From: a virus
Taxonomy: Duplodnaviria > Heunggongvirae > Uroviricota > Caudoviricetes
Length of the DNA: 64,000 nt
Direction: 5' to 3' (one strand)
Virus record (IMG/VR): IMGVR_UViG_3300028603_000027
Location: 1 to 64,000 of that record
A program made the translations under genes and the position numbers. The notes beneath the pieces are model-generated. The model worked only from the letters and a program-made list of their open reading frames with translations, was not told the DNA's origin and made no database searches. Positions 28,997-38,215 of this stretch are shown here, one piece after another; position 1 is the first letter of the stretch, and each line of letters opens with the position of its first letter.

Positions 28997-29383
28997 ATGT
29001 CCAATATCGAACTCGTGAAGGATGACGTAGCGTATGTGAATGGCAAGGCTTACAAGCTGGTTCCTATTCCTACAGAGAAGATTTTTATTGGCGAAGTAGA
29101 CGGTAAAAAGTATTACCTTGGCCCTGAGGCTGATCGTCAAATGAATTGGGAGCAGGCTAAGAAGTGGGTCGCGTCGGCTGGCGGTCAACTGATGCCACGA
29201 GAAGTAGGCGTTCTTGCATTCAAAAAGGCTGAAATCCGCAAACAATTTCGTACCGATGATTGGTACTGGCTTGAAGATGAGTACAGTTCGTCGCATGGTT
29301 GGATTCAGTACTTCTACAATGGTAGTCAGGGCTACAGCACCAAGCCTGATGCGTTCTATGTTCGGGCCGTCTTCGTTGAATAA
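28997..29383 (+). CDS. Remote DGR target 2: small C-type-lectin/DUF1566-like protein with C-terminal VR2
   Basis: MSNIELVKDD... start after AAGGAGAAAG. The motif WEQAKKWVASAGGQLMPREVGVLAF is DUF1566-like. The C-terminus SSSHGWIQYFYNGSQGYSTKPDAFYVRAVFVE is encoded by VR2. Confidence 0.75.
   Translation: MSNIELVKDDVAYVNGKAYKLVPIPTEKIFIGEVDGKKYYLGPEADRQMNWEQAKKWVASAGGQLMPREVGVLAFKKAEIRKQFRTDDWYWLEDEYSSSHGWIQYFYNGSQGYSTKPDAFYVRAVFVE
29286..29369 (+). repeat. DGR variable repeat VR2
   Basis: 84 nt aligned to TR 903-986; all mismatches are at TR adenines. Confidence 0.85.
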
Positions 29384-29401
29384 TTTTCTGAAGGAAAATC
29401 C

Positions 29402-29518
29402 ATGAGTGTAGTGTTTACGCTTACAGGCGCAACAATTTTTGTGGCCCTAGTGATTTATGGGGTTAAACAATTGGTTTCTAACGTCAAGTTTAAAGGAGAT
29501 GACGATAATGCAAATTAA
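29402..29518 (+). CDS. Small single-TM peptide upstream of SPFH gene
   Basis: MSVVFTLTGATIFVALVIYGVKQLVSNVKFKGDDDNAN, about 38 aa. Short and speculative. Confidence 0.25.
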   Translation: MSVVFTLTGATIFVALVIYGVKQLVSNVKFKGDDDNAN

Positions 29519-30368
29519 AAATATCATTGCAAGTGTTGTTCTGGCAATTGTAGCCATCATTGGTCTTACTATTGGTTTGGGCAGTTGGTATACCGTGGAT
29601 GAAGGGGAACGTGCTGTTACGCTTTCATACGGTAAGGTGTCAGGCTCGGCAGAGCCAGGGTTTCACTTCAAGATGCCTTTCGTGGAAACTATCGAACGTG
29701 TAAGTGTACGAGCACATACGGTAAGGTTCGATACAGTAGAAGCATACAGCCGTGACCAACAACCTGCCACGCTTGCAATCAGTGTTACATATCGCATTCC
29801 AGCAGATAGCGTAGAATCCCTGTACACCATGTACGGTAATCGTCAGAATATGCAAGGCCGTGTAATTGACCGAAAGCTTCCAGATGAAGTGAAGAATGTG
29901 TTTGGACAATACACAGCTATCCGGGCCATCCAAGAACGTGCTTCTCTTGTTATTGGTATTAATGAGGCTCTACGAAAGAGTGTAGAGGGACAGCCCGTTA
30001 TTATTGATAGTGTTCAAGTAGAAGAGATTGCTTTTTCAGATGCTTATGAACAATCTGTTGAACAGCGTATGAAGGCAGAGGTGGAAGTGTTTACACGAGA
30101 ACAAAACCTGAAAACAGAGAAAATCAACGCAGACATTGCTGTTACGCAGGCTAAGGGTCGTGCCGATAGTGCGCTTGCTGAGGCAGAAGCTCAAGCAAAA
30201 GCTATTAAGCTGAAGGGTGAAGCTGAAGCTCAAGCAATTCGTGAACGAGGTGATGCTCTTCGCCAGAATAGCCAGCTTGTTGATCTGATTGCAGCAGAAC
30301 GTTGGGATGGTTCACTCCCTGCCACTATGGTTCCTAACGGTGCTCTTCCTTTTGTGAATGTTCGTTAA
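29508..30368 (+). CDS. SPFH/Band-7 (HflK/flotillin-like) membrane protein
   Basis: N-terminal TM (IIASVVLAIVAIIGLTIGL), an SPFH core starting YTVDEGERAVTLSYGKV, and a C-terminal Ala/Glu coiled-coil AEAEAQAKAIKLKGEAEAQAIRERG. Confidence 0.65.
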   Translation: MQIKNIIASVVLAIVAIIGLTIGLGSWYTVDEGERAVTLSYGKVSGSAEPGFHFKMPFVETIERVSVRAHTVRFDTVEAYSRDQQPATLAISVTYRIPADSVESLYTMYGNRQNMQGRVIDRKLPDEVKNVFGQYTAIRAIQERASLVIGINEALRKSVEGQPVIIDSVQVEEIAFSDAYEQSVEQRMKAEVEVFTREQNLKTEKINADIAVTQAKGRADSALAEAEAQAKAIKLKGEAEAQAIRERGDALRQNSQLVDLIAAERWDGSLPATMVPNGALPFVNVR

Positions 30369-30371
30369 GTG

Positions 30372-30404
30372 GTAATCGGAAGCCCTTCGGGGCTTCTTTT
30401 TCGA
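30372..30404 (+). terminator. Rho-independent terminator
   Basis: gaagcccttcggggcttc followed by ttttt. Confidence 0.55.
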
Positions 30405-30593
30405 TAAAGGAAAAACAATGACAACATTCATATTGGTGTTATACATATTCGGATATAAATCCGCAGCAGCGGAGATGCAAGAATTTAATTCTAAAGCTGC
30501 GTGTGAACATGCAATTATGGAGATAAAGAAAGCCACTGGAAAGATAGCTCCTGTACTGGTTTGTGTTCCTAAGTCCTTGGAGGAAATATAGAA

Positions 30594-30893
30594 ATGACAT
30601 ACGATGAGATTTTGGATTATGAATGGGAGTTTGAAGATGCAGATGCCAACTCCATTCGGGAATACTTGCAAGAGCTATTGTTAAAGCTATGGCAAGAAGG
30701 GGAAGGCTTTTCAGGAAAGCGTCCCTTTGGTAACAGCGGGTGGGAATATGATTTACTCTATCCCCTCGTAGCTATGGGAGAAATTCCAGGGAAGTTAGAT
30801 GACGATGGGTGTCTAGAGAGCGTTAATGGAGAGGCAGGCTATGAGATGGTAGAAAGTCTTATTTACTACGTATTTTCTAGCACAGAAAAATAA
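30594..30893 (+). CDS. Hypothetical acidic protein
   Basis: ORF only. Confidence 0.4.
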   Translation: MTYDEILDYEWEFEDADANSIREYLQELLLKLWQEGEGFSGKRPFGNSGWEYDLLYPLVAMGEIPGKLDDDGCLESVNGEAGYEMVESLIYYVFSSTEK

Positions 30894-30914
30894 CGATTTA
30901 ATCAGGGACGGCTT

Positions 30915-31829
30915 ATGCAAAGTGTTGACATCAACGGGAAGAAATATATTCTCGCAGAACAGGAAGGGATGATTAACATCACCTCTCAAAGCAAGAAAGA
31001 AATAGAAAGGCTTGAAGCTTCTTTTTGTACGGATATTGTGCCGTGCCTCGCAGAAGCCAATGCTGTATTGGCAGGCGGCGCTCTCACAAGTCTTTTTACT
31101 AACAAAGAAGTAAATGATTACGACATTTATTTTAAAAACGTAGAAGGCTTTCAAAGTATTATTAATGATATTTATGACACTCCTGAAAGCGGAAGCGTCT
31201 TGAGCAGTTATGATGTCATAGTAAATTTTGCCACTGATCGGAGTATCCTCTGCAAAGAGAAGTGGAGCGAAAATGCGATTCAATTCATCGTTTATAAAAT
31301 GTTCCCCGACATTCAAGACATTTTTAATGCTTTTGATTTTACTGTTAATATGTGTGCTTACGATTTTGCAACACAACAGATGTGGGCGCATCCAGATTTC
31401 TTGAAACACTGTTCACAGCGTTACCTCTCCTTTAATGGGAGAACAGATTATCCTGTTGTGTCAGCACTTCGGGTAATGAAATATACAGAACGAGGCTATA
31501 CAATATCTAAAGCAGAAATGCTTAGAATTCTCTTCACTATTGCAGCTAAGGAATATAAAGATTGGCAGAGTGTGAAAGAAGAAGTAGGTAGTATGTACGG
31601 AATCCCTGTTGACAAGCTATTTGACGAAACAAAAGAATTTAATCTGGAAGAAGTAGTGCTGCAACTGAACAATTGCGTAGCGTTAGACAAACCTAGGGTT
31701 ATGGCAGAAGCTTACGACACTAAAGATTTGGCGACGAAGTTCCCGCATCTTTTAGATCAAAAGTGGGCAGAAAATAATAACTTTTGGTGGGCGAAAGAGG
31801 CGTATGGGCAAGAACAAGTTCACCTCTAA
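30915..31829 (+). CDS. Pol-beta-superfamily nucleotidyltransferase domain protein
   Basis: The hG[GS]x9-13Dh[DE]h pattern is matched by AGGALTSLFTNKEVNDYDIYF. Confidence 0.4.
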   Translation: MQSVDINGKKYILAEQEGMINITSQSKKEIERLEASFCTDIVPCLAEANAVLAGGALTSLFTNKEVNDYDIYFKNVEGFQSIINDIYDTPESGSVLSSYDVIVNFATDRSILCKEKWSENAIQFIVYKMFPDIQDIFNAFDFTVNMCAYDFATQQMWAHPDFLKHCSQRYLSFNGRTDYPVVSALRVMKYTERGYTISKAEMLRILFTIAAKEYKDWQSVKEEVGSMYGIPVDKLFDETKEFNLEEVVLQLNNCVALDKPRVMAEAYDTKDLATKFPHLLDQKWAENNNFWWAKEAYGQEQVHL

Positions 31830-32217
31830 CCTGAAGATACAATACCTTCAAAATAAAGGACGCAGAGCATTGTTTTCTTTGTTAGAGGGGTTCACATTCT
31901 ATTCAGACGATATGCTAGCGGGACAGCGGGTTTGGGTGGATGTTCCCGCAGGGTTTGTATCTGATGGCGCTTCGACACCTCGTTGGACATGGATATTGTT
32001 CCCGCCTTGGGCAGATTATGGTCAAGCGTGTGTTTTACATGATTTCTTACTAGAAAAGAAAACATACACAGACGGCATAAATACTTTTAAAGCAACAGCC
32101 AAGCAAACAGATATTGTTTTTAAAGAAGCTTTAAATGTGTTGAAAGTTGCCCCTTGGAAAGTATTTTTGATGTATAATGGTGTACGTGTTTGGAACATCT
32201 TTAAAGGAAGGTATTGA
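31804..32217 (+). CDS. DUF1353-like protein
   Basis: VDVPAGFVSDGASTPRWTWILFPPWADYGQACVLHDFL resembles the DUF1353 core. Confidence 0.35.
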   Translation: MGKNKFTSNLKIQYLQNKGRRALFSLLEGFTFYSDDMLAGQRVWVDVPAGFVSDGASTPRWTWILFPPWADYGQACVLHDFLLEKKTYTDGINTFKATAKQTDIVFKEALNVLKVAPWKVFLMYNGVRVWNIFKGRY

Positions 32218-32534
32218 AAATGGAAGATCAAAAGCATTGGTGGAACACGCCAGAAGGAGTCGAATGGTTGTCTAACCAACCGGAAATTGAACAAATGTTT
32301 CTTGAGAGTCAACAAGAGAATTGGTATTGCCGGGGGCAACGTTTTTATATCTGTGAAGAAGGAACACAGGAGTATATCTTAGCTTCTATTACCCGGTATG
32401 GAATGTCTTTAATCTGTTTAGTTGACGGTAACAGGTGGTCGGAGCCTGTAGAAGTAGAAAACAGCTTACGTGTGACAAAAGATGAAATGTCTCGTATAAC
32501 TTGTGGCAGTTCCTACATTCTTTTGGAGAAATAA
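32214..32534 (+). CDS. Hypothetical protein
   Basis: ORF only. Confidence 0.4.
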   Translation: MKMEDQKHWWNTPEGVEWLSNQPEIEQMFLESQQENWYCRGQRFYICEEGTQEYILASITRYGMSLICLVDGNRWSEPVEVENSLRVTKDEMSRITCGSSYILLEK

Positions 32535-32897
32535 ATGACTCTTGCTTTTATTGTTTATTTTATCGGTATGCTCACTCCGTTGAAGATTGCTCTAGTAGCT
32601 TCGTTGATAGGGCTAATAATCTTTGGAATTTTCTATTCTCTTTATTGGATGGATGAGTTGTCTAACTACGAAGATCAGCCATACAACAAGAAGTGGTTGA
32701 AGATTTTGATTGGAATAGTAGCTGCACTGGTGATTACACCTTCTGAACGTACAGCTTACACAATGGCAGGGGCGTATGCAGCGCAACAGATCGCTACACA
32801 CCCTAACACTGCTGAAGTGGGTAGTAAAGTGATGGGTATTCTTAATCAGAAATTGGATGGATACATTAAAGACACTGCTGAAAAGAAAGAGGATTGA
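32535..32897 (+). CDS. Membrane protein (2 TM)
   Basis: Two hydrophobic helices. Confidence 0.4.
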   Translation: MTLAFIVYFIGMLTPLKIALVASLIGLIIFGIFYSLYWMDELSNYEDQPYNKKWLKILIGIVAALVITPSERTAYTMAGAYAAQQIATHPNTAEVGSKVMGILNQKLDGYIKDTAEKKED

Positions 32898-32902
32898 TAT
32901 TT

Positions 32903-32991
32903 AGGATTATGGGTGGCCCTTCTAATTAGAGAATCGCATAGATATTTCAGATTATGGAGGGCTGTCCTTATTAAGAAAACGCATATACATG
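32903..32991. repeat. Two tandem ~45-bp imperfect direct repeats
   Basis: ttaggattatgggtggcccttctaattagagaatcgcatagata versus ttcagattatggagggctgtccttattaagaaaacgcatataca, about 75% identical. Confidence 0.5.
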
Positions 32992-33636
32992 ATGATTTCG
33001 TAGAAGTGTTTACAGAGCTTCAAAGACGTTTTTAACAGAACACGTATGTTTCCTCAAGTAAGGATATTCAACTTGTTGTAGCCCCTATAACGGCGTCCTA
33101 CAGGTATTGTAGAGACGGTTACTGCTCTCTTGTCAAGGCGTGGCAGTAAATGTGTATGTAAGTAAGGGGTCAGGTGTGTTGTAAGGAAGGTACACAGCTT
33201 GTTGCAATGTAGTCTTTTGTAGTATGCTTCACGTTTCCTTTCCTAGCCTTACAGCTTAGGCTGTTTTCTTCTCTCTGCTTGTTGCACGATAGGAGGCTTG
33301 AGAACAGGCTACAGCATTTTTAGGAACGGGCTGAAGCATTAAAGAACGGGCCAGGACATTATAAAGTTCTAGCTAGAGCATTATGTCCTAGCCAGAACAT
33401 TAGCTGGCGGGAAAGATATCGGCAGCACAAGGGCCAGAAGTCGGAGGAGACAAGAAAATTTTCACTGTTACAAATTTGTGTCTAAAATACAACAGTGGTA
33501 TAAAAACAACACTTGTAACAGATAGAGAAAATCTATCAGAAGTGGAGAGTGATAGAAAAATTCAATTAGAAAATGTTTATCGGTTCGGCAATAATTCTAA
33601 CGTCTTTTAACAGTAGCAACAAAAGGAAACGTAGCA

Positions 33637-33930
33637 ATGCAGCAACAGCAACATAACATAGCTTCTAATATGTCCCATGAGGAAATTTTACGCTATACTA
33701 ATGTTTCAGATGAAGTGCGTAAGATCATAGACGACATGCTAGACACTATTGTTAGCTATGAAAAAGAGATAGAAGCCTTGAACAGGAGTGAAGAGCGGCT
33801 ATCGGAGCAACTAGATTTTGCGCGTGATCTGGTGGAGACGCTAGACTACACAGTAAACCGTTATTCTCGTATGGCTGATTTTAAGAAGGAATACAGCCGG
33901 GTTAGACAAGATACCTATTTTGAAATTTAA
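33637..33930 (+). CDS. Hypothetical protein
   Basis: ORF only. Confidence 0.4.
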   Translation: MQQQQHNIASNMSHEEILRYTNVSDEVRKIIDDMLDTIVSYEKEIEALNRSEERLSEQLDFARDLVETLDYTVNRYSRMADFKKEYSRVRQDTYFEI

Positions 33931-33941
33931 GAGGTGATGCC

Positions 33942-34220
33942 ATGCCAAGGGACGTAAGACTAATTAAAGAGTTCATAAAAAGCCAAGGGAACAAGTTTTT
34001 TACTGTCGAGTTTGAGAAGAAAGACGGAACGCTACGGAAGATAAACGGGCATATAAGAGCAGTACCAGGGCATGACGGAATCAACCCTACAGCACACATA
34101 GACAAATATTTAACGGTAGTATTGGCAGAGAAGGACAAAAACGGTAATGAGCAATGGAGAAATGTTAATATAGCTACCATAAAATCATTAGCTATTGCTG
34201 GTAAAGTGTTTAAGTTTTGA
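33942..34220 (+). CDS. Hypothetical protein
   Basis: ORF followed by a terminator hairpin gccgccac...gtggcggc-ttttt at 34240-34275. Confidence 0.4.
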   Translation: MPRDVRLIKEFIKSQGNKFFTVEFEKKDGTLRKINGHIRAVPGHDGINPTAHIDKYLTVVLAEKDKNGNEQWRNVNIATIKSLAIAGKVFKF

Positions 34221-34496
34221 ACCACAAACGAGAAACCGCACAACATAGCCGCCACACCTAACAAGCGTGGCGGTTTTTCTTTGTCTGTTTGGTTTGTGTC
34301 TGTAATGTTTGATTGGTTGCTATATGTTCCACGTGAAACAGCAGCCCATAGGGGAAAGCCCTTACGCCTTTTGCATTAGGGAATAATTCGGAACGAAATA
34401 ATACGTTTTCCCTATATGCACCGTATTTGCAAATCTTCATAATGGGAACCGTAGACACCTACAACACACCACGAAACAACACAAGGAGATTTCACC

Positions 34497-35015
34497 ATGA
34501 ACAACACTATTACCCGCCAGCAAGCCCTAGAACGTTTGATTTCTCTTGAGTCAGAGGCCGCCCAACTCAGGAAAGTGTTAGATGAAAAATCCTACCCCGT
34601 TTCCCTCTTACCTTACCCCGATAAAACAGACAACCAACAAGCATACTACATAAAGGATGGCGAAAACGGACAATTTGAAGTAGGGGAGATGAGCAGCAAG
34701 AAAACAACAGAAGACCATGCTAACGTGTTTTCTAGTAGAGAAGATGCAGAAGCATACAAGGACGCTATAAATACTTTCTTGATGCTTCGCAAGTGTGAAG
34801 GCAGCACGACAACGAAAGAACGGGTAGCACAATGGTTAATCGAATATGACGTAGAAGCAGAAAAGGTAATTACTACAAGGCGTTATGTACTGAGTAGCAA
34901 GATTTCCCGCCTTAGCCCTGCATTCGATACGGAAGCAAACGCGCAAAAAGCAATTAAAACGATAGGCAAAGACAAGTTAACAGCCTTGTTCAAAACTTCA
35001 CACCACGTAGAATAA
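34497..35015 (+). CDS. Hypothetical protein
   Basis: ORF followed by the terminator gccctgttg...caacagggc-tttt at about 35025-35058. Confidence 0.4.
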   Translation: MNNTITRQQALERLISLESEAAQLRKVLDEKSYPVSLLPYPDKTDNQQAYYIKDGENGQFEVGEMSSKKTTEDHANVFSSREDAEAYKDAINTFLMLRKCEGSTTTKERVAQWLIEYDVEAEKVITTRRYVLSSKISRLSPAFDTEANAQKAIKTIGKDKLTALFKTSHHVE

Positions 35016-35062
35016 AGAAAGACAAGGACACGCCCTGTTGTATAAAAGCAACAGGGCTTTTA

Positions 35063-35263
35063 TTGGACGCTTGCAAAATGAAATTATTTGATGCTAAAAT
35101 ACTAATAAATAACGATGTATTTCATTTTTATATTGAGCCTGGAAAGGATTGTTTTGTAGCTTGTTTGGACGTTAACGGTAAACCTTACGCTGTTTTAGGT
35201 TGCATCGAACAGAAAGACGCTATACAATTACTAACAGAATGGCTTAATGCTTGTCTTAAATGA
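35063..35263 (+). CDS. Hypothetical protein
   Basis: ORF only. Confidence 0.35.
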   Translation: MDACKMKLFDAKILINNDVFHFYIEPGKDCFVACLDVNGKPYAVLGCIEQKDAIQLLTEWLNACLK

Positions 35264-35344
35264 GGGAAACAATGGGCAAGAAAATAGAGTTAATCACTTG
35301 TGCAGCTTTAATGTTTTGTGTTATGATGTTAGTAACATACACAG

Positions 35345-35554
35345 TTGAAAGGATGTAAGGACATGGAAAGCCGGTACAATTGCGTTATTCGTTTTGCTGA
35401 TGGCAGCTACTACACAGGTAGAGCAGGAGAACACGCAACAGGAAATAAAAGCGAAGCCCTGCCATACTCTGAGGTAGAAGCAAAAGCAAAAATTGCAAGA
35501 CTCCAACATACCCCACTATTCAGTAAAGCAAGCATCGAAAAAGTTACAAATTAA
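35345..35554 (+). CDS. Hypothetical protein
   Basis: ORF only. Confidence 0.35.
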   Translation: MKGCKDMESRYNCVIRFADGSYYTGRAGEHATGNKSEALPYSEVEAKAKIARLQHTPLFSKASIEKVTN

Positions 35555-35735
35555 GGGGTTGACAAGTTAAATTTAACACTCTACAATAGCTTTACATTGA
35601 ACGAAACACAAAAGGGTAGGACATGCGGAAGATCACACAAGAAGCAATAAACGCCTTTATGAGCGGGAATGCTTATAATAACGGGAATACAAGGGTTGTT
35701 GGATTGATAAACACACTTTCAAAAAAGGAAACATC

Positions 35736-36131
35736 ATGCAAGCAAAAACAATCATTATTGACGGCGTAGAATACAGCCTTACCCCTGTTAACCAAAACGG
35801 ATTTATCGGAGAGGTGAACGGCAAGCGTTATTATTTGGGGCCGGAAGCAGACGAACAGATGACACAGGAAGAAGCCCGCGATTGGTGCGCTTCCCTGGGT
35901 GATAATTTCGAGCTTCCCTCACGTGTTGTAATGCTTTTGTGTTATAATAATAAGGAATTGCGTAAACAGTTTCAGACTGATGATTATTACTGGACAAATG
36001 ACGAATACGAGAATGATTCGTCGCGTGGTTGGTATCAGACCTTCACCAGTGGTCATCAGGGCTACCACAACAAGACTACTGCGAACTATGTTCGGGCCGT
36101 GCGTGTCGAGGAGGCGAAGCCCCAAAATTAA
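35736..36131 (+). CDS. Remote DGR target 3: small C-type-lectin/DUF1566-like protein with C-terminal VR3 (paralogue of target 2)
   Basis: Paralogous to 28997-29383 (GEVNGKRYYLGPEADEQM..., ELRKQFQTDDYYW). C-terminus SSRGWYQTFTSGHQGYHNKTTANYVRAV is encoded by VR3. Promoter TTGACA-17-TACAAT at about 35566-35595. Confidence 0.75.
   Translation: MQAKTIIIDGVEYSLTPVNQNGFIGEVNGKRYYLGPEADEQMTQEEARDWCASLGDNFELPSRVVMLLCYNNKELRKQFQTDDYYWTNDEYENDSSRGWYQTFTSGHQGYHNKTTANYVRAVRVEEAKPQN
36016..36099 (+). repeat. DGR variable repeat VR3
   Basis: 84 nt aligned to TR 903-986; all mismatches are at TR adenines. Confidence 0.85.
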
Positions 36132-36234
36132 AATGTTTTGCTTTTGAACGTTTTAATACATAGCATCTTGCAAATTAAAAAGTAGGGTGCTATAATTAAA
36201 ACATTGAAACGAAGTTGTTTTATCTTTAGGAGAT

Positions 36235-36585
36235 TTGAACATGCAACAGGCTATTTTGGAATCGGTTATCGGTAGTTTCGCAAAGAAAAACAAAATCAGT
36301 AAGGCAAAGCTTGCGGAGTTTGCAGCAGAAGTACAACAGATCAAACCGGAGCGTAAACCCGCTATTACGGCAATTTCTAAGGGTATCCGCGAAACTATCA
36401 TGAGTAAGGCGCAGGGTTTCACATCGGCAGAGATTGCAGCAGAAACCGGAGCCACTACAGTACAGGTTAATAATAATTTGTTCGCTTTGCAGCGTCAAAA
36501 TATTGTAATACCGACAGGTGAAAAGCAAGCAACAGGCGGCAGGGGCAAGCCTGCTACAGTTTGGGCAGTAGCGAAGAAACATTAA
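36235..36585 (+). CDS. Small winged-HTH DNA-binding protein
   Basis: FTSAEIAAETGATTVQVNNNLFALQRQNIVIPTGEKQATGGRGKPATVW; paralogue of 38216-38464. Promoter TTGCAA-17-TATAAT upstream. Confidence 0.45.
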   Translation: MNMQQAILESVIGSFAKKNKISKAKLAEFAAEVQQIKPERKPAITAISKGIRETIMSKAQGFTSAEIAAETGATTVQVNNNLFALQRQNIVIPTGEKQATGGRGKPATVWAVAKKH

Positions 36586-36844
36586 AAACGTGGGGTTATA
36601 CCTAGCACACTCTAACGGGAGTGTGCTATAATAAACCTACTGAAACAACATTAGCCAACATTTTCGGAGCATGACGCTATGAAATGGGTAATCATTTACT
36701 TTCTAACCCTCATAATCTTCCCTTTAGGTTTGCCGCTTGTTATTATTGCCCACATTCTAAGCAATGCAGAAAAGAACAGAAGCAAGAAACGAGAGAAAGA
36801 AATTGAAAACGCGGTAACACGTGCTTTAAGCAAAAAGGCGTAAC

Positions 36845-37033
36845 ATGAAACACTGGATATTAACACCAGATAGGGCGCAAAGCATCATTACATCACTAGA
36901 TTTAGGAAAGATGACGCTAAAGGCCGCTAAACTTTATTATTCAGCCTATGGGGTGGAAATAAAGGGAAGGACAAAGCAACAATTTATTAAAAACCTTACT
37001 GAAAAAGTGTACGGAGAAGGAAACGCGGTATGA
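36845..37033 (+). CDS. Hypothetical protein
   Basis: ORF only. Confidence 0.35.
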   Translation: MKHWILTPDRAQSIITSLDLGKMTLKAAKLYYSAYGVEIKGRTKQQFIKNLTEKVYGEGNAV

Positions 37034-37361
37034 ATTGGGCAGACGACGAACACGGTATTTTTGTTCCACGTGAAACGCTAAAGCGTAAAGGAGGGAAAAA
37101 GCCAGCAGAGACAAAACGGGAGAAAATAAAGCCCTGGAAACGCCAACAGAAGGAGAAACGGAGTAGCCGTTATGTGTCCCTATCTTCTGCGGAATAGTTG
37201 AATGTCTAAAATAGTATGGTTTTTTGTAGTATTCTTTGTTGTAATGTTAGTGTGTCCTGTTTTGTTGCCTGCCTTGTTCCTAGACAAGCATTAAAACATT
37301 AGACAAATACAACAAAGTGCAGTAGAATTAAATTGTTCTCTACCCTTACTAAGGATATGTA

Positions 37362-37694
37362 ATGCCAATTGTACAAACCTTGACAGAATCCGCTTTTATT
37401 GATGCTTTCCAAAAGGTACGGCCTGATAATTTCTCATCGCGTGGTTTATCTTTGTTGTTTGAACACTACGAAAGTTATTCAGACGACACAGGCGAAAACG
37501 TAGAATTTGACCCGATAGCTATTTGTTGTGAATGGTCAGAATATAACAACATCGAAGAAGTGCGGGAAGAGTACGACTTGACAGAGGAAGATTATCCCGA
37601 ATTTTCCGATATGCTAGACCATTTGGAAGGAGAAACAACAGTATTGTACGATGACGACGAAGACCCGGAAATAATCATTATTCAAAACTTTTAA
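37362..37694 (+). CDS. Hypothetical highly acidic protein
   Basis: Asp/Glu-rich. Promoter TTAGACA-17-TAGAAT upstream, terminator at about 37715-37748. Confidence 0.4.
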   Translation: MPIVQTLTESAFIDAFQKVRPDNFSSRGLSLLFEHYESYSDDTGENVEFDPIAICCEWSEYNNIEEVREEYDLTEEDYPEFSDMLDHLEGETTVLYDDDEDPEIIIIQNF

Positions 37695-37785
37695 TTACAA
37701 TCTTTTACACATATAAGCCCGTTAACAGTTGACGGGCTTTTTCTTTATTGTTATACTGTCTTCACAATGTTTAGGAGATAGAAAA

Positions 37786-37977
37786 ATGAATATCGTTTAT
37801 GCTCTGGTGTTTGTAGCTTGTTTTAACGGAGAGTGTGAAGAATACGTTTTAGACACTTTGCCAAGTATGGCCGACTGCGGAGCATCGCTAATGCTTCATG
37901 CTCCAGAAATATCTAATTATGATGAAACGGGCATGTACGCTCTTTCGTGTGAAAAAACTATTGTTGAAAAGGTGTAA
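37786..37977 (+). CDS. Small Cys-rich secreted/membrane protein
   Basis: MNIVYALVFVACFNGECEEY... hydrophobic N-terminus. Confidence 0.35.
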   Translation: MNIVYALVFVACFNGECEEYVLDTLPSMADCGASLMLHAPEISNYDETGMYALSCEKTIVEKV

Positions 37978-37979
37978 AA

Positions 37980-38183
37980 ATGTTATTCTTTGTTGACGAT
38001 ATAGCCGGATGCTACTTAAAAGGGTATAGGCTAGAAGACGATCACGTTATGATTGAACAATACAGTATGAAAGGAGGCAATGATTGCATTACGTATTTTC
38101 TTTCAACAGAAGTTTTCAAAAAGACATATAAAACAAGTGTTGACAATCTACCCCTAAAGCCTTATAATTACCCCATAAATTGA
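37980..38183 (+). CDS. Hypothetical protein
   Basis: ORF only. Confidence 0.35.
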   Translation: MLFFVDDIAGCYLKGYRLEDDHVMIEQYSMKGGNDCITYFLSTEVFKKTYKTSVDNLPLKPYNYPIN

Positions 38184-38215
38184 ATTACTGATTAAATCAC
38201 TCAGGAGATATTGAC

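Noticed and set aside
29214-29405. 63-aa ORF (MHSKRLKSANN...) overlapping VR2
   Set aside because: Alternate frame across VR2. The in-frame DUF1566-like ORF 28997-29383 is the target gene.
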